Assembly: GCA_964544065.1 (NCBI GenBank)
Contig: CAZJBA010000005.1
Location: 1-36,871 of the forward strand
Direction of reading: 5' to 3'
DNA: 36,871 bases
Source of the DNA: an uncultured Anaerolineales bacterium
GTDB taxonomy: Bacteria; Chloroflexota; Anaerolineae; Anaerolineales; UBA11858
The translations under genes and the position numbers were made by a program. A model generated the notes under the pieces. The model was not told where the DNA came from. It ran no database searches and worked only from the letters and a program-made list of their open reading frames with translations. Positions 18,071 to 27,977 of the stretch are shown in pieces; position 1 is the first letter of the stretch; each line of letters opens with the position of its first letter.

Positions 18071-19228
18071 TCAGGTCGATTTGAAGATATGGGTGAAGAC
18101 AGAAGCGCCGCTTCCACCGATGTTTTGGGCCATGCCAACCTGAGCCGGTTCGATTTGAGTCTTCCCCGCTTGGCCGCGTAATTGTTCTACCACTTCAATA
18201 ATTTGATACAGACCTGTCGCCCCCACCGGATGGCCGCGCGCCTTGAGGCCGCCGCGCGTGGTGATGGGAATGCGGCCATCGAGGAAAATTTCTCCGTCGT
18301 TGGCAAGCCGGAGCGCCTGCCCGCGTTCGGCAAACCCGCAGGCTTCCAATGAAAGCGCCGACATGATCGAGAAGGCATCATGCACCTCAAAGAGATCGAT
18401 TTCCCCCGGCCCTAGGTTAGCCTGACGATAAGCTTGTCCCGCTGATTTGAAAACGGCCGCCAGCCAGAGCGGTTCATGGCGGTCGTGCACGGCCAGGGTG
18501 TCGGTAGCTGCTCCCGACCCGGCTACCGTGACCAGCCTGCCGCCGTTGCGTTTGTGCAGATTCTCTGCGGGTACGATCACCACCGCGGCAGCGCCATCGC
18601 CGATGGCGGATGAATCCATCAAGTTGATGGGCGCGGCTATTTTGGGCGATCGCAGGTATTTTTCTTTGGTCAGGGGGATATGCAATCGGGCGTTGGGGTT
18701 GTTCAGAGCGTTGGTGTGGGCGTTGATCGCCAAGGGAGAAAAGTCTTCGTGCCGCCAGCCGTATTCGTACATGTAACGCTGCATCAACAGGGCGTTGAGG
18801 CCGACAAAGGTCAGGCCGTGGATGACTTCCCAATCGGCGTCGGCGGCGGTGGCCAGTCCGGCGGTGGTCTCGGCGGGGAGCGAGTCGGTCATCTTCTCGA
18901 CACCGACGATGACGGCGCTGTCGAGTTCGCCCGAGGCCACGGCCATCAGCCCCAGGCGGAAGGCCGCGCCGCCGGAGCCGCAAGCGGCTTCAACGCTCAG
19001 CGCCTCCAGGCCCCTCATCCCGACCCAATCGGAGATCAAAGCACCGAGGTGATTCTGTTTCTCCAGCCCACCGGCCAGCATGTTGCCCACATAGATGGCC
19101 TCCGCTGAGGAGATATCTGCATCCTCCAGAGCAGCGAAAATGGCCTCCCCAGCTAAATCGAGCAAAGATTTGTCCCAATGTTCCGAGACGGGGGTTTGCC
19201 CAATACCGATAATTGCTACTTGACGCAT
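18071..19228 (-). CDS. Thiolase (SCP2/archaeal-type acetyl-CoA acetyltransferase family)
   Basis: VEAACGSG catalytic Cys, EVHDAF, GGLKARGHPVGATG, AQNIGG. Confidence 0.92.
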   Translation of the reverse strand: MRQVAIIGIGQTPVSEHWDKSLLDLAGEAIFAALEDADISSAEAIYVGNMLAGGLEKQNHLGALISDWVGMRGLEALSVEAACGSGGAAFRLGLMAVASGELDSAVIVGVEKMTDSLPAETTAGLATAADADWEVIHGLTFVGLNALLMQRYMYEYGWRHEDFSPLAINAHTNALNNPNARLHIPLTKEKYLRSPKIAAPINLMDSSAIGDGAAAVVIVPAENLHKRNGGRLVTVAGSGAATDTLAVHDRHEPLWLAAVFKSAGQAYRQANLGPGEIDLFEVHDAFSIMSALSLEACGFAERGQALRLANDGEIFLDGRIPITTRGGLKARGHPVGATGLYQIIEVVEQLRGQAGKTQIEPAQVGMAQNIGGSGASVFTHIFKST

Positions 19229-19309
19229 AATTTCTTTCTGGTTTGAGTTTTCTTTTTATGAGCGTGGCAATTATGCCATCTCTCCCTTTCAGAAACTATC
19301 AGATTCCTG

Positions 19310-19698
19310 TTAGGGAAGTTCCTCCATCATGAGTTCTTCTAGATGACGGTCCAAGGCCGGAGCTGTCAGATTGCCAACTTGGACGGATTCGATCACACCG
19401 TCGGGGTTGATGAAATAACTGGTCGGGACGCCTACAATTTTGTATTGGGCGGCAACCTGATCTTTGGTATCGATCAAAAGCGGAAAGGTCAGATCGTGCT
19501 GGTCGCAATTTCACCGACCGCGGCTTCTCCCGGATCGGGTTGCTGCGTTGGCTGCATGGGTGTCGAATGGGGCGCAGTCGTGGCGGTTGTCTTGCCAACG
19601 GCCAGTAGCCAGAGAGCAACGCTTAAAAGGATACATCCCAGCAAACCAAACAGGACGAAAACGGTTGCCAGCGTGAAGAGAAAGGTTCGTTGTTTCAT
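19310..19698 (-). pseudogene. TlpA/ResA-type thioredoxin-like protein remnant (CxxC region missing, frameshifted)
   Basis: The first frame gives a TM anchor and linker. A second frame from about 19504 reads DQHDLTFPLLIDTKDQVAAQYKIVGVPTSYFINPDGVI...EELP*, the typical TlpA C-terminus with the cis-Pro (GVPT). No WCxxC is present. Confidence 0.75.
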
Positions 19699-19708
19699 CG
19701 GGGTCCTT

Positions 19709-19891
19709 TCAGGTGATCAATATGGCCAGAAGATTTCCAAGGATAAACAAGCTCAAGGGTAGGCCAAACCAACCGGACGCGTCCGAGCGGAGACAGATGA
19801 TCATGCCCCCGTAGGAAAGCATCATAAGCGCAAACGCGGTCAAGTGCGCTTTGAACTTGTTTTCACGCAGCCAAGTTAAGAATGAGGTCAT
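19709..19891 (-). CDS. Small two-TM membrane protein
   Basis: 60 aa with two hydrophobic segments, co-oriented with and 10 nt upstream of the TlpA remnant. Confidence 0.6.
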   Translation of the reverse strand: MTSFLTWLRENKFKAHLTAFALMMLSYGGMIICLRSDASGWFGLPLSLFILGNLLAILIT

Positions 19892-19992
19892 AAAAACCTT
19901 CTTTGTCAGGTTTCAGACTTCGGAAGTCTACCAGAGGATTTTGGCGAGCAATATCAGGTTACGAAATCGCTATCGTGTAGCGAAACGGCCAG

Positions 19993-20391
19993 CTATGACG
20001 AATCCGTCCTCACTTTATGCTCTTTGCCGCTCCAACTTTCGATGTCGATGCGCAGTACAGCGGTGGCTTGAATGTCTTTGTCTGTGATCGAATCATCGTT
20101 CGCTTTTTCCCCGGGCAGGAGTCGCCCCATCTCGCTGGCGCTGAAGCAAACGCGATCATTGACTTGGACGTTCTCGTACGTCCGGCCAGCCCTGGCACCG
20201 TGCATGTAAATGGCGTGCGCGTCCCGGTCGTAGACAAAGTTACGCGTGACCAGGAACGGTTGGCCCTCCCGGCAGGTCCCCATGACACCAAACGGTGCCC
20301 GTTCCAGAAAACTTTGAATCCAGGCGTCGTCTTTGGCTCGTTTCTGCCGCCGAATTTGAGAATAGGAATGAATCGAAGTGTTTTTAGTCAA
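19993..20391 (-). pseudogene. Pyridoxamine 5'-phosphate oxidase-like/NimA-family flavin-binding protein, internally deleted
   Basis: RAKDDAWIQSFL, IYMHGARAGRT, RVCFSASEMGRLLP and TAVLRIDIESWSGK are present, but the YxSVVVFG strand and the following helix expected between them are absent. Confidence 0.7.
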
Positions 20392-20436
20392 AAGATGAAG
20401 TCCTCTTGGGGTCCAGATTTATGGTATCATGTCGTT

Positions 20437-21204
20437 ATGTCTACGGTAGTGGCAAAGCCTTCCTCTATCAATCGGGGCAAGCGAAAAGCTGCCCAAGAAT
20501 TCACGCGTCAGCTACTTGACAGTGAAGTTGGTCGAGATATTGCCTCTATTTTGCTGATTGGTAGTGTCATTCGTGATGAGGCCCAGCCTGAGAGCGATGT
20601 CGATGTGCTCGTTTTTGGCGACAAAATCAATCCACAAAAAGTTGAGGCGATTGCAGACCTTGCCTGGGAAACGACGATGGCAACGGGTGAATTCATCGCG
20701 CCGCTTGCTTATAATTTACAAGATTTATTTGAACCTCGCAATTATTTCTTATTCGATGCAATCCGACATGGTGTGGAGTTATATCGTATGGAAGAGAAAA
20801 AAATTCGGTTTCTTGAGGCCCAAAATCTCTATCGCAAAGCGGATGTTCACCTGGACGAGGCCAAGCGTGCGCTTTCACAACAGGCCTTTCATCTGGCTCT
20901 TGTCGGTGCATATACCTCCGCTGAATTATCGGCCAAGGCGCTTCTGTATCTCAAGCCCAATGTTGATATTCCCTCGAAGCATGGCAGCATCGTAAGAGTA
21001 TTTAGTCGCGAATATGCTCTCACCGGTGAAGTGCCATCGGCTTGGGGCAGGTCCTTGAATCGAGAGTTAGAAACTCGCAGTCGCGCTCTTTATGACACAG
21101 CGATGATCATAAAAGATCGTGAGAAACCGGAAGCCGCCATCGAGTTTGCACAGGAAGTGCTAGCTTATCTTGGGGAAAAATTATCTGACGATCAAGTTTC
21201 CTGA
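20437..21204 (+). CDS. Fused minimal nucleotidyltransferase (MNT) + HEPN domain protein
   Basis: IGSVIRDEAQPESDVDVLV (GSx10DxD) MNT motif; HEPN half has AYTSAELSAKALL, PSKHG and RSRALYD. Extended -10 TGgTATCAT at 20422-20430. Confidence 0.85.
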   Translation: MSTVVAKPSSINRGKRKAAQEFTRQLLDSEVGRDIASILLIGSVIRDEAQPESDVDVLVFGDKINPQKVEAIADLAWETTMATGEFIAPLAYNLQDLFEPRNYFLFDAIRHGVELYRMEEKKIRFLEAQNLYRKADVHLDEAKRALSQQAFHLALVGAYTSAELSAKALLYLKPNVDIPSKHGSIVRVFSREYALTGEVPSAWGRSLNRELETRSRALYDTAMIIKDREKPEAAIEFAQEVLAYLGEKLSDDQVS

Positions 21205-21205
21205 G

Positions 21206-22735
21206 CTATGGATTTAATGCGCCCCCGATCACAGTGAGTACGCTGATCAGGGCGATCAAGATTCCCGTATAGACGAACATTTTACGCATCACTTCGCCCT
21301 CCCGCCCGGCCATGCCGCCGGTGCTGGCGCCGACCACGATTTTGGTCGGGGCGATGACCGAGCCGAGCGCGCCGCCCGAGGTTTGAGCCGCCAGGATCAA
21401 GGCCACGCTGAAGCCCAGCAATTCGGCTGTGCGCATTTGCAGAGCGGCGAAAACCACGTTGGAGTTGGTGTTACTGCCGGTCATGAAAGCGCCCAAGGCC
21501 CCAATCCAGGGGGAGATGAGAGGGAAGGCGACTCCGACTCCCTCGGAGAGGCCGCGCGCCAAGGTTTCGGTCATCCCGGCATGCTGCATCACCACGGCCA
21601 TGGCCACCATCGCGGCGATTCCCACGCTGGAGGACATCACCCGGCGCACCGTGCCGCCGATGATGGCTTTGCCCGCGCCGGGTTGGTACCAACCCGCTCG
21701 CCGATAAATAACGTAAGCCGCCAGGGAGGCACACAGCAAAATTGCCCCAGCGTGCCGGAACAAGGGGATGCGGCGCCCTGCTTCCGCCGGGGTTGCATAG
21801 CCCGAGGCAGTCTCAACGGCGGGAAAGTGCATCTGAATCTCGACCCTGCCGAGAAAGCTCCTCACCGCGGGGATCAATTGAATGCTCAAGGTGAGGACGA
21901 TCAACACCGCGTAGCCGGAGATGGCGATTCCCAGGGAGCGCAGGTCTAGCTCACCATTGTCTTCCATTTGGCCGCGGTAGCGTCGAGCGAGGGGATAGGC
22001 AACCAGCAGCCCGGCCAATCCGGCCAAAAACGAGCCAATGTTCCACAGGCCGGAGGTCGCTGCTATGTAAAGAACCACGCCCATCACCAGCCCCAGAATC
22101 AGGGTGGGCAGCAACAGCCGTTTGAGCGCCTGCCAGCCCCCGGCCGCGTGGGCGACCAGCAGCCCGACTCCGATTCCGGCGATGCCCAGAAACAGCGCCG
22201 CGGGCGAAGCCAGTTGCGGCCAGTCCAGGCCGGTAGCGGCCATCATGGCGTTGAAGGAGGAGCCTAGCGAGCCAAACGTGACCGCCCAAGAGTGGCCGAT
22301 CGAGGGAATCACCACCGCGGAGAGGGGCGTGAAACCCAACCCGCCCAGCAAAGGTGCGATCACGGCGACGGGTACGCCGAATCCGCCCACACCTTGCAAA
22401 AAGGAGGCAAAGATCCAACCAATGATCAAGGCCTGCATGCCCCGGTCGGCGGTCAGGTGCGGTAACGCTTCTCCGATCCTTTTGATCGCCCCGGCTTCAT
22501 CGGCAACGCGAAAAAGCAAGAACGCGGCCCAGATGATCATGAGCACGTCGATGGTCAGGAACAGGGCTTTACCATGGGCGACGGCAAGCAGTCGGGGGCC
22601 GGCGCCAAAAGAGGCTGCCGCGATGATCAAGGCGCTGAGATAACCGGCCGCACCAGCACGAGAAGCGCCCCAACGGAAAGCGACCATCAGGGCGAGAATG
22701 AGAGCAATGGGGAGGAAAGCGAGGAGGAAGGACAT
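21206..22735 (-). CDS. lctP: L-lactate permease family transporter
   Basis: FLQGVGGFGVPVA, VTFGSLG, GAFMTGSNTNSN and IAPTKI motifs; many TMs. Confidence 0.88.
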   Translation of the reverse strand: MSFLLAFLPIALILALMVAFRWGASRAGAAGYLSALIIAAASFGAGPRLLAVAHGKALFLTIDVLMIIWAAFLLFRVADEAGAIKRIGEALPHLTADRGMQALIIGWIFASFLQGVGGFGVPVAVIAPLLGGLGFTPLSAVVIPSIGHSWAVTFGSLGSSFNAMMAATGLDWPQLASPAALFLGIAGIGVGLLVAHAAGGWQALKRLLLPTLILGLVMGVVLYIAATSGLWNIGSFLAGLAGLLVAYPLARRYRGQMEDNGELDLRSLGIAISGYAVLIVLTLSIQLIPAVRSFLGRVEIQMHFPAVETASGYATPAEAGRRIPLFRHAGAILLCASLAAYVIYRRAGWYQPGAGKAIIGGTVRRVMSSSVGIAAMVAMAVVMQHAGMTETLARGLSEGVGVAFPLISPWIGALGAFMTGSNTNSNVVFAALQMRTAELLGFSVALILAAQTSGGALGSVIAPTKIVVGASTGGMAGREGEVMRKMFVYTGILIALISVLTVIGGALNP

Positions 22736-22736
22736 G

Positions 22737-22785
22737 GTGGGGAGTGGTTAGTTGTGAGTCGTTAATTGTGAGTGGTGAGTTTAAC
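22737..22785. repeat. Degenerate heptamer tandem repeat (STRR-like)
   Basis: GTGGGGA GTGGTTA GTTGTGA GTCGTTA ATTGTGA GTGGTGA GTTTAAC, a strict 7-bp period. Confidence 0.7.
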
Positions 22786-22809
22786 GGAGGCTTCGGAGCA
22801 GACCGTACA

Positions 22810-23673
22810 TCACTCGCCACTCCTCGTATACAGCCAGATCAAGACCGTCCCAAGGAGGAGTCCGGGCAACAAGACGAGTCCCGCTTCGGGGCCGAAAGCG
22901 CCACCGGTCCAGATCGTTGGTCCCGCCACATCAACCTGAATCAGTGAAAAAGTATCCAGCCCGCTGACGGGAAAGCCAAACACGACGCCCTCGAAAACGT
23001 TCCAGCCGATGTGCAGGCCAATCGGGAGCCATAATTGCTCGGTACACAGGTAGCCATAAGAAAAGAAGAGTCCGGCTAGCAAAATCCCCGCCGCACCGTT
23101 CCAACTGGCGTTGGGATTGGCCAGGTGCAAGGCGGCGAAAACGGCGGAGGAGAGCAGCACGCCCCAGAAGCGATTAAGTCCACTGGCGATTGTTTGCAAA
23201 TGATAGCCCCGGCTGAGCAGCTCTTCGTTCCAGCCAACCAATAGGAACATCAAGAGCGCCTCGGCTGTTTTTATCAGCACGGTATCGCCGGCCGTGGATT
23301 GCCAAGCGAAACCCTCAAACCTCAACCATCCTGCTCCCCGTTCCAGCAGGAAAATAAACCCTATCATGAGGGCGGGGATAGCGATACCGACGAAGATATC
23401 GCTGACAGCACGACGATCCCAACGTAACCCTAAACTGACGAAACGACGTCGGTCGAGAAAGCGCCGAGCAAGATAAATCGATGTTGTGATGATGACAAAC
23501 CCACTGAGTTGATTAGCCACCAAGCTGCCGGCAAATTGGGGGATGGAAAAGGGAGATAAAAGCAACAAAAACGTGAAACCCATTCCCAGTAAAAAGATGA
23601 ACAGCGTTTGGATCAGCAACCGCCATCCGGCTCGCAGGCGCGGCTCGTCGGGCGAGAAAAAAATGGGCCTCAT
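22810..23673 (-). CDS. CPBP/CAAX-family intramembrane glutamic protease (Abi)
   Basis: EELLSRGY, FAALHLANP, LWLPIGLHIGWN, GGAFGPEAG. Confidence 0.92.
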   Translation of the reverse strand: MRPIFFSPDEPRLRAGWRLLIQTLFIFLLGMGFTFLLLLSPFSIPQFAGSLVANQLSGFVIITTSIYLARRFLDRRRFVSLGLRWDRRAVSDIFVGIAIPALMIGFIFLLERGAGWLRFEGFAWQSTAGDTVLIKTAEALLMFLLVGWNEELLSRGYHLQTIASGLNRFWGVLLSSAVFAALHLANPNASWNGAAGILLAGLFFSYGYLCTEQLWLPIGLHIGWNVFEGVVFGFPVSGLDTFSLIQVDVAGPTIWTGGAFGPEAGLVLLPGLLLGTVLIWLYTRSGE

Positions 23674-23897
23674 TCTTCTTCCTTTTCCTTTTTGCCGAAC
23701 AATTTGCCCAGCAAACGAAAGTGTTTGACGTCATTTGTGGCGCGGTTGCGCTGCCATAATCAACCTCCCCAGGCTGTCAGCAAGACACCCGGCAGAAGGT
23801 AACGGAGACGGAACGCTCCTACATCAAGGGAAGCGACAAACAAAAAAAGAGAGAAACCCCCGAGCAACAAGAAATAAATCCCAATGCGTGCTTTCAT
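23670..23897 (-). pseudogene. Small two-TM membrane protein (75 codons) with one in-frame TGA; absent from the ORF track
   Basis: MKARIGIYFLLLGGFSLFLFVASLDVGAFRLRYLLPGVLLTAWGG*LWQRNRATNDVKHFRLLGKLFGKKEKEEE. It fills the rpoD-CAAX gap and ends in an ATGA overlap with the next start; internal TGA at 23760-23762. Confidence 0.7.
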
Positions 23898-23903
23898 CTC
23901 GCT

Positions 23904-25535
23904 TCACTCGGTCAAGTAATCGCGCAAATGCCCACTGTGGGAAGGGTGGCGCAATTTTCGCAGCGCCTTGGCCTCGATTTGGCGAATCCGCTCCCTGGTG
24001 ACGTTGAAATATTGCCCCACTTCTTCCAGGGTGTGCTCTTTGCCATCCAGAAGCCCAAAACGCAACTCCAACACCTGGCGTTCACGCTCGGACAAAATCG
24101 TGAGCGCGTTTTTGACCTGTTCCCGCAGCATCTCCCGGGTGGTGATTTCAACCGGCTGGGGCGCCTCTTCGTCTTCGATGAAATCGCCCAGTTTATTATT
24201 CTCAGCGTCGTTGCCGACAGGACTATCGAGGGAGAGAGGATCGGTGGCCGCCCGAATGATTTGGGTCACCTTTTGGGTGGCCCGCTGGAGCCGCCGCTTC
24301 AGGCCGGATGGCAACGGTTCATCTTTTTGCCGGGCTTGCTCAATTTTTTTGACTTCGTCCGGCTTCAAATAACCGATGTGCAGGGTTAACTCCTCGATGG
24401 TTGGTTCGCGGTTATATTCCTGAGTTAATTCCCGCTTGGTGCGAGTTAGGCGATGGAGAGTCTCATGCACATGGACGGGCACCCGGATGGTGCGGGCCTG
24501 ATCGGCGATCGAGCGGCTGACCGATTGGCGAATCCACCAGGTTGCATAGGTGCTGAACTTGTATCCCCGGGTGGGATCAAACTTGGAGACCGCCCGCAGC
24601 AGCCCGACATTGCCCTCTTGAATCAGGTCCAGGAAAGAATTCCCCCGCCCGGTGTAACGTTTGGCCACGCTGATCACCAGGCGCAGATTGGCCCGAATGA
24701 GGATGTTATGCGCCTCCCGAGACCATTCCCGTAATCGCAGGATTTCATTCTCCAACACCTCGTCCGCAGGTAAATGTCTCGAGAACGTGCGCTTGGTCGA
24801 AAACCCTCCCCGTTTTTCGAGAAAATCATGCATCCAGTCGGCCATTTCATCGGGCAAGACATACAGCGAAATAAAAACCGTGAAGGCGTTGCTGGCGACC
24901 GCATCCCAAAGCGAATTTTTGCCCCACAGCTTCTTGTTGAGATAATCCCGCAAATAGGACGGCTCACCCAGGTCCCAGGAATGGCGTAGTTGGCGGGCTT
25001 CTTCGAAAATAGAGATCAAATCGGGTTGATCGTAATTCCAGCGCTGAATATCCTCTTGAACCCGCTCCCAGGCGGTGACCATTTCGGCGAAGACGGCCCG
25101 ATAGGTGCTTTGAACAGGTGAAACCCCCTGGCGGGCAATCGGGTGTTGCCGGCCGATCACATCCAGTCGCCGCACCGCCAGCATGCGCGCCGAGAGCCAG
25201 AACTCTTGATCCACCTCGAGAAGATCGATTTTGCCAATGTCATCGAAATAGAGTTGAACGGGATCGTTCTTCGTCGAACGGGGCGAAGCTCGTTTCTTTG
25301 TTGGGATTGAGTCGGCTTGCTCTTGCTCCTCTTCTCCCTCTTGATCTTCTTCCTGCTCGCTATCTTGTTCTTCCTCGAAGACCTCCTCTTCCAACAAATC
25401 GTCGGAATCACTTATGAAGGGAACGTCGTCTTCGTAATCCAACCTGGATACCTCACGGATCACCAGATCTTCATCTTGGAAGTCGGTCTCTCGATCTTGT
25501 TGGGTAGCGGAGTTGGCAGCAGGGGAAGGGGTCAT
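23904..25535 (-). CDS. rpoD: RNA polymerase sigma70 factor, RpoD/SigA type, with a large non-conserved insert
   Basis: DPVQLYF region 1.2, [62 protein letters not shown]; directly downstream of dnaG. Confidence 0.93.
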   Translation of the reverse strand: MTPSPAANSATQQDRETDFQDEDLVIREVSRLDYEDDVPFISDSDDLLEEEVFEEEQDSEQEEDQEGEEEQEQADSIPTKKRASPRSTKNDPVQLYFDDIGKIDLLEVDQEFWLSARMLAVRRLDVIGRQHPIARQGVSPVQSTYRAVFAEMVTAWERVQEDIQRWNYDQPDLISIFEEARQLRHSWDLGEPSYLRDYLNKKLWGKNSLWDAVASNAFTVFISLYVLPDEMADWMHDFLEKRGGFSTKRTFSRHLPADEVLENEILRLREWSREAHNILIRANLRLVISVAKRYTGRGNSFLDLIQEGNVGLLRAVSKFDPTRGYKFSTYATWWIRQSVSRSIADQARTIRVPVHVHETLHRLTRTKRELTQEYNREPTIEELTLHIGYLKPDEVKKIEQARQKDEPLPSGLKRRLQRATQKVTQIIRAATDPLSLDSPVGNDAENNKLGDFIEDEEAPQPVEITTREMLREQVKNALTILSERERQVLELRFGLLDGKEHTLEEVGQYFNVTRERIRQIEAKALRKLRHPSHSGHLRDYLTE

Positions 25536-25548
25536 AACGTCGCCTCGG

Positions 25549-27468
25549 CTAGGGGGTAAAGGAATGATTGCTGTAGCGGTTGTGGGCCCGGTGTAATCGT
25601 CCCAACATGATGATGCAATCGGCCATGGTTTGCTGGTAGGATTTTGCTTTCAGGTCGCCTTCTTCTTGGGATGATTCCTGCAAGTAACGCAAATGATCCA
25701 CTTGTTGGTTCAGCCCGGTCGTTCGCAAAGAAATCAACACCCGCAAGAGATCTTCGAGCACGGCCGGCAGGTCAGGGTCAATTTTTTCAGTATCTTCGAG
25801 GATAGAATCGGTCAAAGGGATCATCGCCTCGGAGAGATGGTTGAGCACAAAATGGAGCGGTTCGCAATCTCCTTGCTGGAGGGAATCTTGAATCAGCCGG
25901 AAGAGCAGTTGGTGCTTGGTTTGTTGGAAATCGCTTTTATCGACGGGATTGAGCCCATCTTCCTGCATGCGGCGATCGATGTGATAAATCAGATCAGGGC
26001 GACGGAGCAAGACGCCCAGCAGATGTCGCTCTCGGGCCTGAATCGCCTCAACCGGGGAGAGGACTTTTTTGTCTCCGGCGGGTTGGCGGGGCGGACTCAC
26101 TCGTTGGGGGTACCTGCGTGGGGAGCCTCTCTTCGGCTTGGTGCCGACCAACAGGCTGCGCTCATCCACCTCCAGCATTCGTGCCAGTCGTTGGCGGTAG
26201 GTATCCCGCTCGATCGAGCTGGGAATATCTTCGATCAGTGGCATCACCTTGGCCGCGATTTCGGCCTTGACCTTGGCATCATCCAGGTCGCGGTCGGCGG
26301 CCAATGTCTCCATCACGTGGACCACAATCGGCTTGGCCGCCTCAACGATTGCTTCCCACTCTTGCGGGTCGCGGTTGATCACATCGTCGGGGTCCATCCC
26401 CGGCGGCAGCGTGCTGACGCGGATATCGGCTTTCAGGCGGCCTTCGTGGCGCAACAGGCCGCGGGCGTCGAAGCGAACCTCTTGCTCCCGGTCGAGCGTC
26501 TGGCGGGCCACTTCCAGCCCCCGCAGGGTGGCCTTGACCCCGGCGGCATCCGAGTCCATCGCCAGGATGATCCGGCGGCTGAAGCGTTTGATCAAGCGGA
26601 GATGATCTTCGGTCAGGGCGGTGCCCATCGTGGCGACCACGTTAGCATAGCCGTGCTGGTGCGGGGCGAGCACGCCCATGTAGCCCTCCACAATGACGAC
26701 CTGCTCCTCGGAGCGGATTGCCTTACTGGCCTTGTCCAGCCCGAACAGGATTTTGCCCTTGTCGAAGAGGGCGGTCTGAGGCGAGTTGAGGTACTTGGGC
26801 ACGCCCTCCGGGTCGAGCGTGCGGGCGCCGAACCCGGCCATGCGGCCGCGCTGATCGCGGATCGGCAGCACTACCCGGTCCCGAAAACGGTCGTACACGC
26901 CGCCGGACTCACGCTCGGAAGCGAGCCCGGCCTCGATCAAGTCCGATTGGCTGTAGCCCTTGTCCATGAAATGGTCCCCCCCCGCCTCCCACGAATCGGG
27001 CGCGTAGCCGAGGCCAAAGGATTCGATCGTCTTGTCGTCCAGGCCGCGCTCGTGAAGGTAAGCCAGGGCTTGCTCCCCCGCCTCGGTGTTGAGCAGTTGG
27101 TGGCGGTAGAAGGTCACCGCAAGTTCAAGCAGCTCGCGCAGGCGGTCGTACTGTTCGTACTTCTCCTCCTGCTGTGGGGTCAGCGGCTGCAATTGCACGC
27201 CGGCCTCTTGGGCCAATTCTTCCAGCGCGGTGCGGAAATCCCAGCCCTCTTTCTTCATCACAAAGCTGAAAATATCGCCGCCCTCGTTGCACTCGCCGAA
27301 ACAGCGCCAGGTGCCCGTATCGGGGAAGACGGCGAAGGCGGGGGTGTTGACGTTGTGATGGAAGGGGCAAAACCCGGAATAACTCTTCCCCGAGCGCCTC
27401 AGGTCGACGCTCTCGGAGACGACATCGACAATGTCGAGCCGGGCTTTGATTTCGTCAATTGCGGACAT
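25549..27468 (-). CDS. dnaG: DNA primase
   Basis: CPFH...CFGEC zinc finger, DRFRDR, PKYLNSP, VEGYM, DSDAAG and DPDD Toprim motifs. Confidence 0.97.
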   Translation of the reverse strand: MSAIDEIKARLDIVDVVSESVDLRRSGKSYSGFCPFHHNVNTPAFAVFPDTGTWRCFGECNEGGDIFSFVMKKEGWDFRTALEELAQEAGVQLQPLTPQQEEKYEQYDRLRELLELAVTFYRHQLLNTEAGEQALAYLHERGLDDKTIESFGLGYAPDSWEAGGDHFMDKGYSQSDLIEAGLASERESGGVYDRFRDRVVLPIRDQRGRMAGFGARTLDPEGVPKYLNSPQTALFDKGKILFGLDKASKAIRSEEQVVIVEGYMGVLAPHQHGYANVVATMGTALTEDHLRLIKRFSRRIILAMDSDAAGVKATLRGLEVARQTLDREQEVRFDARGLLRHEGRLKADIRVSTLPPGMDPDDVINRDPQEWEAIVEAAKPIVVHVMETLAADRDLDDAKVKAEIAAKVMPLIEDIPSSIERDTYRQRLARMLEVDERSLLVGTKPKRGSPRRYPQRVSPPRQPAGDKKVLSPVEAIQARERHLLGVLLRRPDLIYHIDRRMQEDGLNPVDKSDFQQTKHQLLFRLIQDSLQQGDCEPLHFVLNHLSEAMIPLTDSILEDTEKIDPDLPAVLEDLLRVLISLRTTGLNQQVDHLRYLQESSQEEGDLKAKSYQQTMADCIIMLGRLHRAHNRYSNHSFTP

Positions 27469-27535
27469 GGTCTTGGGCTATTGTTCCAAATGCCTTGGCG
27501 CAAATAAGATGAATTTCTGGCACAAATTATACGTT

Positions 27536-27853
27536 TTAACGCAGAGTCGGGGAGAGGCAGAGACGCAGCGTAACCTTTTTTCTCCGGACTCTTTAGGCAT
27601 GATTTTTATGCCCCTTCTGCAGCTCTGCGTTAAGAATTTTTGGTTCGTGAAATGTCAATGGTTAGAGAATCAGCAAGAGGGAAAACGGTAAAGTTCTCAC
27701 CCGCTTCGGAGAGCTATTATAGACTCCCTTGCGTAGATTGGCAATCTTAAAAAATATTTGGACACGGATCGCACGGAGGGATGCGGAAAAAAGACCTGTC
27801 AGGCTTCAACCCCTACGCTTCCGGTGGGAGTGCTTCGCAAAAACCTGATGAGG
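27536..27853. repeat. Palindromic repeats in the dnaG/corC divergent intergenic region
   Basis: TTAACGCAGAG 27536-27546 / CTCTGCGTTAA 27623-27633; CACGGATCG-CACGGAGGG 9-mer units near 27763; AAGACCTGTCAGG near 27791, similar to about 9613 and 4877. Confidence 0.7.
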
Positions 27854-27886
27854 CCCGCTGCAATGTCTCCTAACACGACGTCTCCA

Positions 27887-27895
27887 TGATATAAT
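27887..27895 (+). promoter_or_regulatory. Extended -10 (TGaTATAAT) for the hemolysin/CorC gene
   Basis: Consensus TGnTATAAT about 80 nt upstream of ATG 27978. Confidence 0.55.
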
Positions 27896-27977
27896 CGAAA
27901 ATGTGACAGGCCTGGACGTTTGTTTCAAACGTTGGGATACCATGATTCCATTCACCTGATTTGAAGGCGACCCCTCT

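Noticed and set aside
20017-20436. 140-aa N-terminal extension of the MNT-HEPN ORF
   Set aside because: It overlaps the NimA-like gene on the opposite strand; the promoter and domain start point to ATG 20437.
25693-27507. 604-aa ORF antisense to dnaG, plus other long antisense or alternate-frame ORFs over comEC, glyQS and the cyclase
   Set aside because: These are shadow ORFs expected from GC-rich codon bias on the opposite strand; they have no recognisable motifs.
27845-27910. CTGATGAG...CGAAA resembling a hammerhead ribozyme core
   Set aside because: No stem II complementarity between the core halves. AAACCTGATGAGG is better explained as the degenerate partner arm of the AAGACCTGTCAGG palindrome.
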